A stretch of 64,000 bases of DNA from an uncultured delta proteobacterium (lineage in GTDB: Bacteria > Desulfobacterota > Zymogenia > Zymogenales > Zymogenaceae): contig CAWBYW010000006.1 in assembly GCA_963792965.1 (NCBI GenBank), forward strand, positions 1-64,000, read 5' to 3'. The translations under genes were made by a program, and so were the position numbers. The notes under the pieces are model-generated. The model ran no database searches. It saw nothing but the letters and a program-made list of their open reading frames with translations, and was not told the origin of the DNA. Numbering within the stretch: position 1 is the stretch's first letter; every line of letters begins with the position of its first letter. This document shows positions 10,208 to 21,023 of this stretch, in pieces.

Positions 10208-11299
10208 TCAGACGGAATCTTTGGGCCTGTATTTTATCCTGATGTTTTGGCTATTCCTCGTGTCGTCGCCCTCGGTTGCCCTTCCCCATTTGATTTCCTG
10301 ACCTGACGCCGCGTTCTTGAGCATGCTTTCGGCCAGTTCCCGAATAAGCGAGATAATATTCTTCACTCGCTCATCGACGGTCGCCATGGAGGTACGTGCG
10401 TCGAGCAGAGCGTCGCCGTTCTTTATCAGCTGGGTCATCAGGATATCTTTGATCTTGGCGATCTCGCCGATGACGGGAAGAGCGCTCAAATCGGAGCTTC
10501 CCTCGAGGGCCTCTTCTGCCCGCGCCGATCCGCCCTGCCCCCCCTTTAAACCCGCGCCGACAAGGCCGTTTACCGTTTCCTGAAGGACGGCGATAGCGGC
10601 CAGGATCGACTGGGCGTCGGCTGGGTCGAGCGAGCCCGCCCGTTCGCCCGTTCCCTTACCGGCGGTAGTCAAGCGCCCGCCGCCTTCCACGGCCTCTGCC
10701 ACGATGTCTTGTGGGCTCTTGCCGTGTAGTAATGCCAGTGCCGGCAGCAGCCTCCCCCCGATCTCGGCCAGCTGCGCGACCGCACCGGATACCTCCGTGA
10801 GCCCGCCCCCCGTCGGCGCACGCTCGGTCATCTTATTTACCTGCTCGGTGAAACTCGCCAAAGACGCCGCCGCGCCGATGAAGTCATTGCTCGAAAGTTT
10901 GTCGGTGATTTCCTTAAAGATCTGTATCATTGGCTGTATGTCATTCGGACTATAGGACTCTTCATTCCATTCCTTTTTACCGGGATAATATGGATCGAGT
11001 TGCGATTTTCTATATGCTTCTGCGATTTCATTTAGTTTTTCAAGAAATGTCTCACCGCCTTGAGCAAGTTGTTCAGTAAATTTCTGAAAGAAGGTTTGAG
11101 GGTCGGGAAATCTTCTTTCCTTATACTCATCGCCCATTTGCACTTTCAGGTTTTCCAGAATATTCTTAACAGCTTGATAAGTCTCTTCTATCTCCCTATC
11201 AGTAACTGAAGAGAGAACTTTGATCTGTGCCACAAGTGCATTTACTATCAAGCCAACAAGAAATGCCGTGATTACCGGATCCATTTCGATCATCTCCAT
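10208..11299 (-). CDS. hypothetical helical protein with a hydrophobic N-terminus
   Basis: 363-aa ORF with no recognisable motif; the 5' third is markedly AT-rich. Confidence 0.6.
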   Translation of the reverse strand: MEMIEMDPVITAFLVGLIVNALVAQIKVLSSVTDREIEETYQAVKNILENLKVQMGDEYKERRFPDPQTFFQKFTEQLAQGGETFLEKLNEIAEAYRKSQLDPYYPGKKEWNEESYSPNDIQPMIQIFKEITDKLSSNDFIGAAASLASFTEQVNKMTERAPTGGGLTEVSGAVAQLAEIGGRLLPALALLHGKSPQDIVAEAVEGGGRLTTAGKGTGERAGSLDPADAQSILAAIAVLQETVNGLVGAGLKGGQGGSARAEEALEGSSDLSALPVIGEIAKIKDILMTQLIKNGDALLDARTSMATVDERVKNIISLIRELAESMLKNAASGQEIKWGRATEGDDTRNSQNIRIKYRPKDSV

Positions 11300-11437
11300 T
11301 GGAATAGGTTAGTCGCGGATACTTGGCGCAGACGCTCTACGATACGTCTATTGTCTCGGAGACGAATATATCAAAATGGAATAACTAGTATGAAATATAT
11401 GCTTTGAAGTTCTAAGAAGTGTGTCGGTAGAGCAGAC

Positions 11438-11980
11438 TTATTTCTTCTTCATCAGGTGCTGGAGTATTTGACAGTCGTAATAGCTGCCAAGTTCGCAGGC
11501 TCTCCTTCGATCCCTTATTATTGGCTCGATTCCGTATTTATCTTTGTGGTCAGCATAGAGATTTGCCCTCTCGGAATAGTAGAACGTGTTTTCGGGTAGA
11601 ATCTCAATGGCCTTATCAAGATCCTTTATCGCCTTTTCCGTTTGTTTCAGTTCTTCATAAGTCATTCCTCTCCAATAGTACGCTCCTGCAATATCCTGCC
11701 TCAACTCTATAGTCCTGTTAAAATCGGCGAGAGCCTTTTCGAATTCTGCGAGTTCAAAATTTACCCGTCCCCGATGAAACAGGAGTTTTGTGTCGTTCGG
11801 GTTTATCGTAACCGCCTTGTCGAAACAGTCCAACGCCTTGCCATATAGATTTTGATTAAAATAGGTCAGCCCCTGTTGAAACCAGAAGTCGGCCTCATCC
11901 GCCGGAGAAACCGCCGCTGAGACAAGACAGAGCGTCAGCATTAATCCCGTCACTACGGAAATTATCATAGTTCGTTTCAT
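11438..11980 (-). CDS. exported TPR protein
   Basis: Signal peptide, three to four TPRs and C-terminal RRACELGSYYDC. Confidence 0.8.
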   Translation of the reverse strand: MKRTMIISVVTGLMLTLCLVSAAVSPADEADFWFQQGLTYFNQNLYGKALDCFDKAVTINPNDTKLLFHRGRVNFELAEFEKALADFNRTIELRQDIAGAYYWRGMTYEELKQTEKAIKDLDKAIEILPENTFYYSERANLYADHKDKYGIEPIIRDRRRACELGSYYDCQILQHLMKKK

Positions 11981-12137
11981 CGTTTTCTCCAATAACTTAC
12001 CATGTTACTAAAAGAAGTACACGCTCAGGGTGGACAGTTAGATTTCAGTCTCTATGAACTAATAATGTACCCGCTTTTCGACTCCGTTTTGGGAGGGTCG
12101 GGAGAAATATTATCGTATATTAATATCAATGATGAAC

Positions 12138-12166
12138 AGTATATACAATCGCCTCGTTCATGTCAA
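12138..12166 (-). promoter_or_regulatory. sigma70-type promoter for the TPR gene
   Basis: Minus strand TTGACA-17 bp-TATACT. Confidence 0.6.
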
Positions 12167-12247
12167 GCAAATACCATGAGGAAAATTTATTATTATAATC
12201 GGTATGTGTCTTCTTAGAGAGAGGCAGGCACTCGCGCCCGCATTCAT

Positions 12248-12784
12248 TTATTGCGGGCTATATCGCTTCTTGAGCCAGCGCTCAAACCGCGCCGCCAGTG
12301 CATGGGCAAGGGGGACGCTTATCGTGATGACAATGAGGGCCACCACCGCCCAGACGATCGCCCCGCTCCGGGAGAAGCCGGTGCGGGCATAGACGGTAAA
12401 GAGCGCCCAGATGCAGTAGGGGACCGCAAGGATGCTCGTGATGACGACCGGTACGTAGCGCCTGACGACGATAAACTGGCCGATATGCACCAGGAGGTGC
12501 ACAAAGAAGCCGATTAGGAGGCCCGCCCAGAGGGCGTAGAGCCCGAGCTGTACCGAGATGAGAGTGACGGTGGAAACGAGTAAGAACATCGCGAGCACCG
12601 CAAGGGCGAACGCGGACGTGGAGAGTCCCTTAAAGTGCGGAAGTATCCGGGCCGCCAGCCGCGGGAATCGGCGTGTCATGAACGCGGCGTTCTTGTTTAC
12701 CCACGGCTTCATCATAATGATTTCCTCGAAGTCGTGGATCATAAACACGATCGGCAAGAGCCACATGATGGTTTCGGTTTTCAT
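12248..12784 (-). CDS. HXXEE-domain membrane protein
   Basis: WLLPIVFMIHDFEEII and HLLVHIGQ..RRYVPVVITS. Confidence 0.85.
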   Translation of the reverse strand: MKTETIMWLLPIVFMIHDFEEIIMMKPWVNKNAAFMTRRFPRLAARILPHFKGLSTSAFALAVLAMFLLVSTVTLISVQLGLYALWAGLLIGFFVHLLVHIGQFIVVRRYVPVVITSILAVPYCIWALFTVYARTGFSRSGAIVWAVVALIVITISVPLAHALAARFERWLKKRYSPQ

Positions 12785-12850
12785 CGACGCGGTGCCTCCT
12801 CAGGTTTTAATATTATATCATAATCTTAGTCTTTTGCGGGCCCGACCCGC

Positions 12851-14558
12851 TCATCGTTTCGTTGTCGAGCTCTCCGCCTGCTCGTCGCGCCGCGCCATCT
12901 CCTCTTCCCTCAGCGCTTTCCTCAACACCTTTCCGATCATGCTCTTGGGAAGCTCCGGCCGAAACTCAATGATCTTGGGGACCTTGTAGGCGGCGAGGTT
13001 CTTCCTGCAGAACGCGGTGATCTCCTCGGCCGTCGCCGTCTCGCCCTCCTTGAGCACGATGAAGGCCTTGACCGTCTCGCCGCGGTACGGGTCGGGGATG
13101 CCCACCGCCACGGCGTCCTTCACCTTCGGGTGACCGTAGAGCACCTCGTCGATCTCCCTCGGGTAGATGTTGTAGCCCCGGCGATGATCATGTCCTTCTT
13201 GCGGTCCACGATATAGAAGAACCCTTCCTCGTCCATCACCCCGATGTCGCCGGTATAGAGCCAGCCGTCCTTGAGCACCCCGGCCGTCTCCTCGGGTTTA
13301 TTCCAGTAGCCGGAGCGTCACCTGGGGTCCCTTGATGAGAATCTCGCCGGGCTGTCCCGTTGCTACCGGCGACACGCCGTCCTCGATATCGACGAGCTTC
13401 GAGTCGGTATTGGGGATCGGAAAGCCGACGCTGCCGGCCTTTCTCCTGCCGAAGAACGAATTGGCGTGAGACACCGGGGCCGCCTCCGAAAGACCGTATC
13501 CCTCGATGATACGTCCCGCCCGTGAACCGCTCGAACTCGTTCATCACCGAGACGGGCAGCGCGGAGGCCCCCGAAAAGCACCCTTTGATGGAGGAGATGT
13601 CGTGCTTATTCAGCTGGGGGTGGTTGACGATCCCCACGTACATCGTCGGCACGGCGCTGAAATAGGTCGGTTTCAGCTTGGGGATCGCCTTAAGCAGCAT
13701 ATCGACGTCAAAGCGGGGGATGAGCTGGATCTGGGCGGCCTGATAGATCGGCATGACCGTGCACATCGTCAGACCGTAGATGTGAAACGCGGGGATGACC
13801 GAGATGTGCCGCTCCTGTCCCTCGACGGCGTTGACGAAGTAGCTACCGATCTGCACCGTGCATGCCACGATGTTCCGGTGCGTGAGCATGACCCCCTTGG
13901 GCGTGCCGGTGGTGCCGCCGGTGTACTGGAGCAGCGCGAGGTCCGTGTGGACGGCTCCCTCCGGTCCCGTCTCGGGGAGGTTTTGTCTGATGATCTCTTT
14001 GAACCACGTCACGCGCGCGTCCGGAGCGACGGTCACCCACATCCCCTGCCGCCGTGCGGCGATCGGGTAGAAGAGCGCCTTGAGCGGCGGCAGGTAGTCG
14101 CGGATAGAGGTGACGATCACGCGCTTCAGCCCGACCTTATCCATGATGCCCTTCACCCGCTTTTCCCAGAGGATATCCAGTGTCACGAGGGTCTCGGCCC
14201 CCGAGTCATTGAACTGGTAGGTCAGCTCCCGCTCGACATAGAGTGGATTGAAACCGACCGCCACGGCGCCGATCCGGAAGCATGCGTAAAACGAGATGAC
14301 CGACTGGGGGCAGTTGGGCAGCATGATCGCCACGCGGTCGCCCTTTTTGACGCCCATTTTCGAGAGTCCCGCGGCCATCCGGTCGACCTGGTCCTTCAGC
14401 TCGCTGTAGGAAAGGACATGACCCATAAAGTAGGTCGCGGGGTTTTTCGGGTATTTCGCCTGGGAGCGTGCGAGTATGGAGTAGATCGTGATCTCGGGGA
14501 TCTCCATCGTGGGGGTGACCCCCTGATCGTAATACTTGTGCCAGATCCGCTCTTCCAC
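12851..14558 (-). CDS. fadD: long-chain fatty acid--CoA ligase (several indels between 13180 and 13510)
   Basis: [16 protein letters not shown]-binding motif, [11 protein letters not shown] and [15 protein letters not shown]. Confidence 0.85.
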
Positions 14559-14682
14559 ACCGACCTCTCAAAAAACGTTGCCAAATAAGAAAAGACTCTC
14601 AACCGCCCCGGACGCTTCTCTTGGCGTCTAGTTTCTTATGATAACATACGTTTCCTGACGGCTACACGGATGATCAGTGAAA

Positions 14683-14712
14683 ATTATATAAGGGGAAAAG
14701 AATCGATGTCAA
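14683..14712 (-). promoter_or_regulatory. sigma70-type promoter for fadD
   Basis: Minus strand TTGACA-18 bp-TATAAT. Confidence 0.55.
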
Positions 14713-14739
14713 GGGGGGATTGGCATGAGGGGTGCCCCA

Positions 14740-16730
14740 TCATCGGGAGCTCGATGCCGCCGAATACCTCCCGATCGCCCGCATGGTGAGCCTGGCCTCG
14801 ATGAGGATCTTGTTTTCCCCCTGGCCGCCCCAGTGCTCGTCCCAGTCGCCCGTCATCCTGGCCTCGAAACCGGGACCCTTCTCGATCTCCTCCCGCACCA
14901 GCGCGGAGAGCTCTTCCATCGCCGCGGCGCGAGCCTCGGGGAGCTTGGCAAAGGTCTTGCGGTCGGTGGGGGTAAAGAGCACGAACCCCCCATCCCCAAA
15001 GGCCCGGATCACCGCCTCCCGGGTCGCCGAGACGACTCCTGAGACCGCCCCGACGGCACCGGCGACCGCGGCGTCCTGGGGAACAACACACCGGGCACCG
15101 AGCCTCTCGGCGACGGGCGTCACGAAAAGGCCCACCGGAGCACCGACGCCCACGATCGTGTCCTTGAGCTTTATGTCGAGATCGACACCCCGGCCGTCTT
15201 TCTTCGTACGGAGCCATTCGGAGATCGGGGCCGACAGTATCCCGAAGTCTGAAAGTCCGTGGCTGCCCTCAGCCCCGAGGGAGGAACCGATAATCTCGAA
15301 GAAAAGCCGCTCCTCTATCGCCGAAAATACTCGCCGGGCAAAGAGGTCGGCAGCTACCCCCACGAACCGCGCCGCCGCCTCCAGCCCGAGGGCCGAGGCG
15401 TCGACGTCCCCAATGGACGAGAGCCCTACCGCGTTGAAAACGTCGGTAGGGGTAAGCGCGGCGCGTATGACGGCCCCCATTCCCATGAGCCGGTCGAGGG
15501 CGCGCTCGAGGTGAAGTCTTTCCCGCGCGTCCGTTACCTCCGCCTCGCAAAGGGGAGCCCGCCGGATCCTGTCGTAGACGCCCCGCACGTCGTCTGTTAC
15601 CGTGTCGGGGAGGGGCGCCGAGACGAAGTAAAAATCGGTAGGACGGAGCCGCCCCTGCCCCGCGACGGCACGGCCCCGCAGGGAAAGACTCTCAACGATC
15701 GAGGGGTATTGGTGGGCAAGCCTCCCGACGGGCAACACCCGCTCCGGCCCGACGGTGACCGATCCCGCATCGAGGTAGTCGATGAGGCTGTCCCCCCCAG
15801 TCCCGTCGTGCGGATATCCACCGCATCAACAAACGTCCGGTACTCCCCCACCCGGGCTCCGCGGGCCGAAAGACGGGGCACCCCATCCGTCAAGACGGCG
15901 ATATCGGTGGTCGTGCCGCCAACGTCGACGACCACGGTATCGGCCCCGTCACCGGTGGGCGCCAGCGTCCGCGCGCCGACGATCGAGGCGGCCGGTCCCG
16001 ACATGATCGTCTCCACGGGGCGGGAGCGCGCGGTCTCCTCGTTCATGAGCGATCCGTCGCCCCGCACCACCATGAGGGGAGCACCTATCGCAAGCTGGGC
16101 CAGGGCCTGCGTGACCGCGTCCAGGAGCTGATTGATGAGGGGGATGAGGCCGGCATTGAGCGCCGCGGTGACGGCCCTGACCTCGGCGTCGAGGTCCATC
16201 GAAAGGCGGTGACCCAGCACGACGGGCTTATCCGTCATCTTGGTGATGATCGCCTCGACCCGATCCTCATGCCTCGGGTTTCTCACGGAGAAGTACGAGG
16301 CACAGGCGTAGGCCTCCACCGTCTTATCCGAGGCCTCGATGAACTCTCTGACCGCCCGCTCATCGAGAGGACAGGCCTCATCACCGCGCACGGTATGCCC
16401 TCCGGCCACCCTCCTCAATCGTACGGCAGGGATCGGGACGGAGAGGTCCCTCTCATAGCCGACGATGACCAGGCCGACCGGGCGGTTTTTCCCCTCGACA
16501 AGGGCGTTGGTGGCAAGCGTCGTGGAAAGCCCGACAAGACCGATCAAATCCGGCCGGGAAATCCCCAGCCCCTCGATGGAGGCGACGATCCCGTGGATCA
16601 GCATTCCGTGGGTGGTGGGGGCCTTGGATCTCGCGACGATCCGTCTCTTTTCGGGGTCAAAAAGGACGGAATCGGTAAATGTGCCGCCGGTGTCGATCCC
16701 CAACAGGAGCGGGGTGCCGCGTTGCTTCAC
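14740..16730 (-). CDS. hydantoinase/oxoprolinase-family (ASKHA ATPase fold) protein, frameshifted near 15750-15800
   Basis: LGIDTGGTFTD, RAVTAALNA, RPVETIMSGPAAS, DVGGTTTD and AGAVGA; GTG start overlaps the upstream stop (GTGA). Confidence 0.8.
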
Positions 16731-17422
16731 GCAAGCACCCCCATGACCTCGAACATATTCCTTCCGGGGCAGTCTTTCCTGCTGCAGAGCCGACACGGCG
16801 TTGAGGTAAAGATTCGTTCCTTCGGCCCGAACCCGAGCACCCCCGAGACGCTCTTCTTGGGAATCATCAGGCAGCTATCGGAGAGCGCGATCCCTATTGA
16901 CTCGGGTTTGATGAGATCGAAGAGGACCCGCTGCTCGGTGAGGTCCCACTTGCACTGGCCCGGGCCGAAGGGGGCCGTGACGGCGTAGCCCCTCGGCCGC
17001 GCCTCGGTGTCGTAGAGCCTGCCGACAAATGAGACGGACGCGTTGGCAAGGATCAACGAGCCAACCGTATCCAGGAGAACCGATGAGAGGACGTCCCCCT
17101 CGGAGCCCAGCCTCCTGGACTCGGCGTCGAGCTCATCCCCGAGGGTGGCCGCGTAGGCTGCGGCAAGCTCGGAGCCGGCCAGCACCGTGTGGAGGATCTT
17201 CCCGGTGAAGGTTCCGCCGCCGAGTTTAATCTTTCCACCCTGTTCGTCAGCGACCTCATAGACCTCGTAGACCGCCCGAGGCCGGCTAAGCGCGCGGCCG
17301 CGATCAATCATCTTCTGGGCCGCATCAACAAGCCTCTTCGGGGCGGGGCGTTTTTCCGTGTAGCCCGAGAGCTTCAGGAGCGCCTCAAGGTTGATCTCTA
17401 CGGGAAGATCGGTGACAATCAT
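16727..17422 (-). CDS. stand-alone B12-dependent methionine synthase activation-domain-like protein
   Basis: AAYAATLG, PFGPG..W.L.EQ..LF, IGIALSDSCLMIPKKSVSG and C-terminal CRLCSRKDC. Confidence 0.8.
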   Translation of the reverse strand: MIVTDLPVEINLEALLKLSGYTEKRPAPKRLVDAAQKMIDRGRALSRPRAVYEVYEVADEQGGKIKLGGGTFTGKILHTVLAGSELAAAYAATLGDELDAESRRLGSEGDVLSSVLLDTVGSLILANASVSFVGRLYDTEARPRGYAVTAPFGPGQCKWDLTEQRVLFDLIKPESIGIALSDSCLMIPKKSVSGVLGFGPKERIFTSTPCRLCSRKDCPGRNMFEVMGVLA

Positions 17423-17691
17423 ATGAGAGCCTCCCCCGGGTGACAATCGATGTTAAATGAAAAGGCGGTAAACCCGCCCGCTTGCGTTATCTCAAGAGTT
17501 ATTATACCAGAACGGGTCCGATAATAAAACCGGGTAATTTGTCGGCGCTGCAACGTGTCAAAAGAGACTGTCTCAGGCAAAAGAGACGCTTCGATCGGAT
17601 CCCACTCTCGACCCTTTTCGGAGCTACTGCGACGTTTACCTCGACCGCAGCGAGCTGTCGTCAAATCTCGAATAAAGGCCCTTCCTCAGGT

Positions 17692-18421
17692 TCAGAAATG
17701 ATACTGCGGATTATCCGGGTCGAAGTCCGCGTCGGTAAGGCCGACGTTTGTCTTGATATTATAGTACTTGAAGGACTCGATGAGGGCACCGTCCTTGTCC
17801 CAGGACGCAAAAGACGCGGGCAGGAACGTTCTTGCATCCAGCGTAATATCCGTCCGGGCGGCGTAGCTGCTATGTTCGATCCTGAGCCGGATCACCTTCC
17901 CGCCGGCGCCGGACTCCTCCCCGAGATAGGTCGCCACAAGCTTACAGCCGGGTTTATTCCCTTCGCATTCAAGTATCGAAATCATGCGTGAGACAACCGA
18001 GGGCAGCCCCGCTTCCTTGATGGTATGACGGGTCTCCTTTTTCGCCAGCACATTATCCGGCGATATCCGCGCCGTCAGCGTCCCCAGGAGGGCGTGGCTC
18101 ACGATCATCTTGTCGCTGTTTTTCCCCTCGACGTAGATGATCTCCCTCCCCTTATGGCTCCCCGAAATCACCTTACTGTATATTGACAATGGCCGCCTCC
18201 ACTTGACGAGGGATGTCTCCGGAGGGAATAGAGTTCCGGTCACCCGCTCCTGCTTCTCAAGCGTTAGCGTGTAGTCGGAAAGGGCCTCGGCGCTGCTCTG
18301 CGCGCCTCTTCAGGACCGAGAGAACGCGCGCATAATCGTCGGCAAGGAGCCTGCTCGGCAGCAGGAGAAACGAGATAATGAAAAGGGCCGCGGTGATACG
18401 CCGTCCCATTGAGTTTACCAT
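17692..18421 (-). CDS. exported DUF1571/LolA-like protein (frameshifted near 18260-18310)
   Basis: Signal peptide, KWRRPLSIY, GREIIYVEGKN, RHTIKEAG and YYNIKTNVGLTDADFDPDNPQYHF. Confidence 0.7.
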
Positions 18422-18535
18422 CGTGATCCTCATAGACATCGATGAGTATTTATTTTAGCATCGTCCGCCGGTTCTTACAACCCATATTATTTTATCAATA
18501 GATTTGCGGCAATGCCGCTTTTGCGGTAAAATAGC

Positions 18536-18562
18536 GAAGGATTCTCTCGACTACCCTGTTAA
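18536..18562 (+). promoter_or_regulatory. putative ECF sigma promoter, copy 1
   Basis: GAAGGATT-14 bp-GTTAA; the same motif and spacing recur at 19164. Confidence 0.6.
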
Positions 18563-18572
18563 ACTAATTAAT

Positions 18573-19151
18573 GTGAAAAAGCCGGCCTTACAAGAAACTG
18601 AGAAAGACCACTCCGCGATGGAGGCCGCCTCCCGGGGAGAGCGGTGGGCTTTTGAGTACCTCGTCGGTAAGTACCAGGGGGCATTGATCAACTATTTCCT
18701 GAGGTACACCGGCAATATAGAATCCGCCAAGGAGCTCTCCCAAGAGGTCTTCATCAGGCTCTACACGGCGCGGCAGCGCTATCGGCCCGATACCAAATTT
18801 ACGACCTACCTTTTTACCATTGCTCATAACCTCCTCATCAATGAGGTCTTTGTAAAGAAGAGGGCCGAGTCCGGCGCCGACCCCGATCCCATTATCGATA
18901 CCGCAGCTTCTCCGACCGAGGGGCCGGAAAAGTCTCTGATCACCAAAGAGGAAAAGAAGAGAGTCGACGATGCATTGGGGCATCTCAACCCGCGCGAGCG
19001 CTCAGCGCTCATCATGAAATATACCGAAGGAATGAGCTACGCCGAGATCGCCGCGGCGATCGGGTCGAGCGTCCCGGCGGTTGAGTCGCTCTTGAGCCGC
19101 GCAAAAGAAAAGATGAGAAAGACGCTGTCTCGACAGACGAAGGAAGAGTGA
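18573..19151 (+). CDS. ECF RNA polymerase sigma factor
   Basis: AFEYLVGKY, AKELSQEVFIRLY, FTTYLFTIAHN and GMSYAEIA..VESLLSRAK; the start is uncertain (GTG 18573). Confidence 0.9.
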   Translation: MKKPALQETEKDHSAMEAASRGERWAFEYLVGKYQGALINYFLRYTGNIESAKELSQEVFIRLYTARQRYRPDTKFTTYLFTIAHNLLINEVFVKKRAESGADPDPIIDTAASPTEGPEKSLITKEEKKRVDDALGHLNPRERSALIMKYTEGMSYAEIAAAIGSSVPAVESLLSRAKEKMRKTLSRQTKEE

Positions 19152-19163
19152 TGCCGAAACATC

Positions 19164-19190
19164 GAAGGATTTCTTACACAGATCGGTTAA
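19164..19190 (+). promoter_or_regulatory. putative ECF sigma promoter, copy 2
   Basis: GAAGGATT-14 bp-GTTAA upstream of the anti-sigma gene. Confidence 0.6.
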
Positions 19191-19333
19191 TAGTAACAGA
19201 TGAGGGCCGGAAGCTTTCCCCGACACGGATAGACGCCAAGCCGACCAAGATGGGAAGCGGCAAGTTTCCTAAAGGCGAGTAAAATCCGGCTTTCCGGGAA
19301 ACCGACAGGTTTCCGACACGAAGGACGTGAGAG

Positions 19334-19804
19334 ATGTTTTTCAACACACACAGCAAATCCAGGATGAGACGGCTGATGTCGGCCTATCTCGACGGCGAGC
19401 TCGAAGGGGAGAGAGAATATCGGTTTCTCTCCCACCTCGAGACCTGCCCGAGGTGCCGGGATGAAATGGCCGCACAGAAGGAGTTGAGGGCTCTCCTCGG
19501 CGACGCTTTGCGGAAGATCGAGGTCCCCGACATACGCCGTGACGTGCTCTCGGCGCTCGACCGCCAAAAGGAAAAACGGTCCGGTGTCTTCTCCCGGCTT
19601 TTCGCGCCGTCCCTGAGGCCCGCCCTCGCGTATGCTGCGGCCGCCGCCTTCGGCATAGCCGTCGGTGTCCTGATCTGGAATACCGTAAGCCCTGCGACAA
19701 CGGCCGCATCCGATCCGCTCCCGGTTACCTACCTTTCGGAAAAGCCGCCGTATTCGCTCGTCACGCTTTATTTCGGAAGTACCAGCGAGGAAGCCAATGA
19801 GTAG
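19334..19804 (+). CDS. zinc-binding (zf-HC2) transmembrane anti-sigma factor
   Basis: LMSAYLDGEL, HLETCPRC and one TM helix. Confidence 0.85.
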   Translation: MFFNTHSKSRMRRLMSAYLDGELEGEREYRFLSHLETCPRCRDEMAAQKELRALLGDALRKIEVPDIRRDVLSALDRQKEKRSGVFSRLFAPSLRPALAYAAAAAFGIAVGVLIWNTVSPATTAASDPLPVTYLSEKPPYSLVTLYFGSTSEEANE

Positions 19805-20300
19805 AAGAGCACTGATGATCGTCCTTATCATCTCGATCGGGTTAAACGTAGGACTTCTCGGGGCCCTCGTCATTGATGCGCTCAGGGAAGGCCATCACCG
19901 GTTTGAGGGGGTACCACCCTTTCCGGGGTGGATCGAGAAGATGCAAGGCCTGAGTCCCGCGCAAAGGGAAGAGATCGGCACCATCATGAGCAACAACGCC
20001 GGCTCGGTCGAAAAACTCAGGTCGGAGATAACACAGAAACGCGGAGAGCTTTCCCGCTTAATCACCGCGCCTGAGCCCGACCTCGCGGCCATAGATCAGA
20101 AGATCAACGAGATCTCCGATCTCCATACCCAAATGGAGAAGCTGATCGTCTCGGAAGTCATTGCCATCAGAGGAGTCCTTACCCCGGAGCAGCGGCAGAT
20201 TCTTTTCGAGCACATGTCGCGCTTCATCGCGCCCCCCCCGCCGCCACCCGAGGGCGGCGGCATGATGAAAGGGAGGGAGGGGCATTGGTGGAGATGGTGA
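19797..20300 (+). CDS. periplasmic heavy-metal sensor / Spy-CpxP family protein
   Basis: ISIGLNVG anchor and LSPAQ/LTPEQR (LTXXQ) motifs. Confidence 0.8.
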   Translation: MSRRALMIVLIISIGLNVGLLGALVIDALREGHHRFEGVPPFPGWIEKMQGLSPAQREEIGTIMSNNAGSVEKLRSEITQKRGELSRLITAPEPDLAAIDQKINEISDLHTQMEKLIVSEVIAIRGVLTPEQRQILFEHMSRFIAPPPPPPEGGGMMKGREGHWWRW

Positions 20301-20396
20301 CCTCCGGATAGATAGGACGGACAGGCATACTTATGCAGAGAATTTCGACATGTCGACGCGTGAAGTAACACAAAAAGAGAAAGAAGGAGAAAAGAA

Positions 20397-20924
20397 ATGA
20401 AGAGATACATGTTCGGGCTTGCGGCTCTGGCCGCAGTGCTCATCATCGCGGGCGTCGCCCTGGCGGCGAATCGAAAGGACGATAAGCCGGGATTTATCGG
20501 GTACGCCGACAAGCTCAATCTGACCACGGAGCAAAAGGGTAAGCTCATCGATCTCCAGGAGAAGTACGTCACGGATAAAGAGAAGATCAGAGACGAGATC
20601 GTGAAGAACGTATTCGATATGAAGAGGCTCTATCTTGCCCCGACTCCGGACGTCAAGGCGATCGACAAGGTCCAGGATCAGATCAAGGATCTCCGCGGCA
20701 AGAACCGTGACCTCTCCAGGAGTTTCCGGGACAGCGCGCGGGCGCTATTGACCCCCGACCAGCTCAAGGCCGCTCCATATGCCTTCATGGGTCACCGTGA
20801 TGGTTTCGGTATGGGCCCTGGTTTCGGCCGCTGTTTCGGCGGCGACAGGGCGAGAGGCGACTGGGGCCACGGTTGGCGTCATGAGCGTGGTCATCACAGA
20901 TGGCACTTCCTCGGCATCTGGTAG
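20397..20924 (+). CDS. Spy/CpxP/ZraP family periplasmic protein with a Gly/His-rich tail
   Basis: Signal peptide, LNLTTEQ, LTPDQL and tail GHGWRHERGHHRWH. Confidence 0.8.
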   Translation: MKRYMFGLAALAAVLIIAGVALAANRKDDKPGFIGYADKLNLTTEQKGKLIDLQEKYVTDKEKIRDEIVKNVFDMKRLYLAPTPDVKAIDKVQDQIKDLRGKNRDLSRSFRDSARALLTPDQLKAAPYAFMGHRDGFGMGPGFGRCFGGDRARGDWGHGWRHERGHHRWHFLGIW

Positions 20925-20942
20925 ACGCACCCAACACACACG

Positions 20943-20970
20943 AAAAAGGCCGGTTTAACCGGCCTTTTTT
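20943..20970. terminator. bidirectional intrinsic terminator
   Basis: AAAAAAGGCCGGTTTAACCGGCCTTTTTT between convergent genes. Confidence 0.85.
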
Positions 20971-21023
20971 ATTAGTACCCGCATAGGGGTGGTTTTCAGC
21001 TTCCCGTTAGAAACAGCCGCCTC

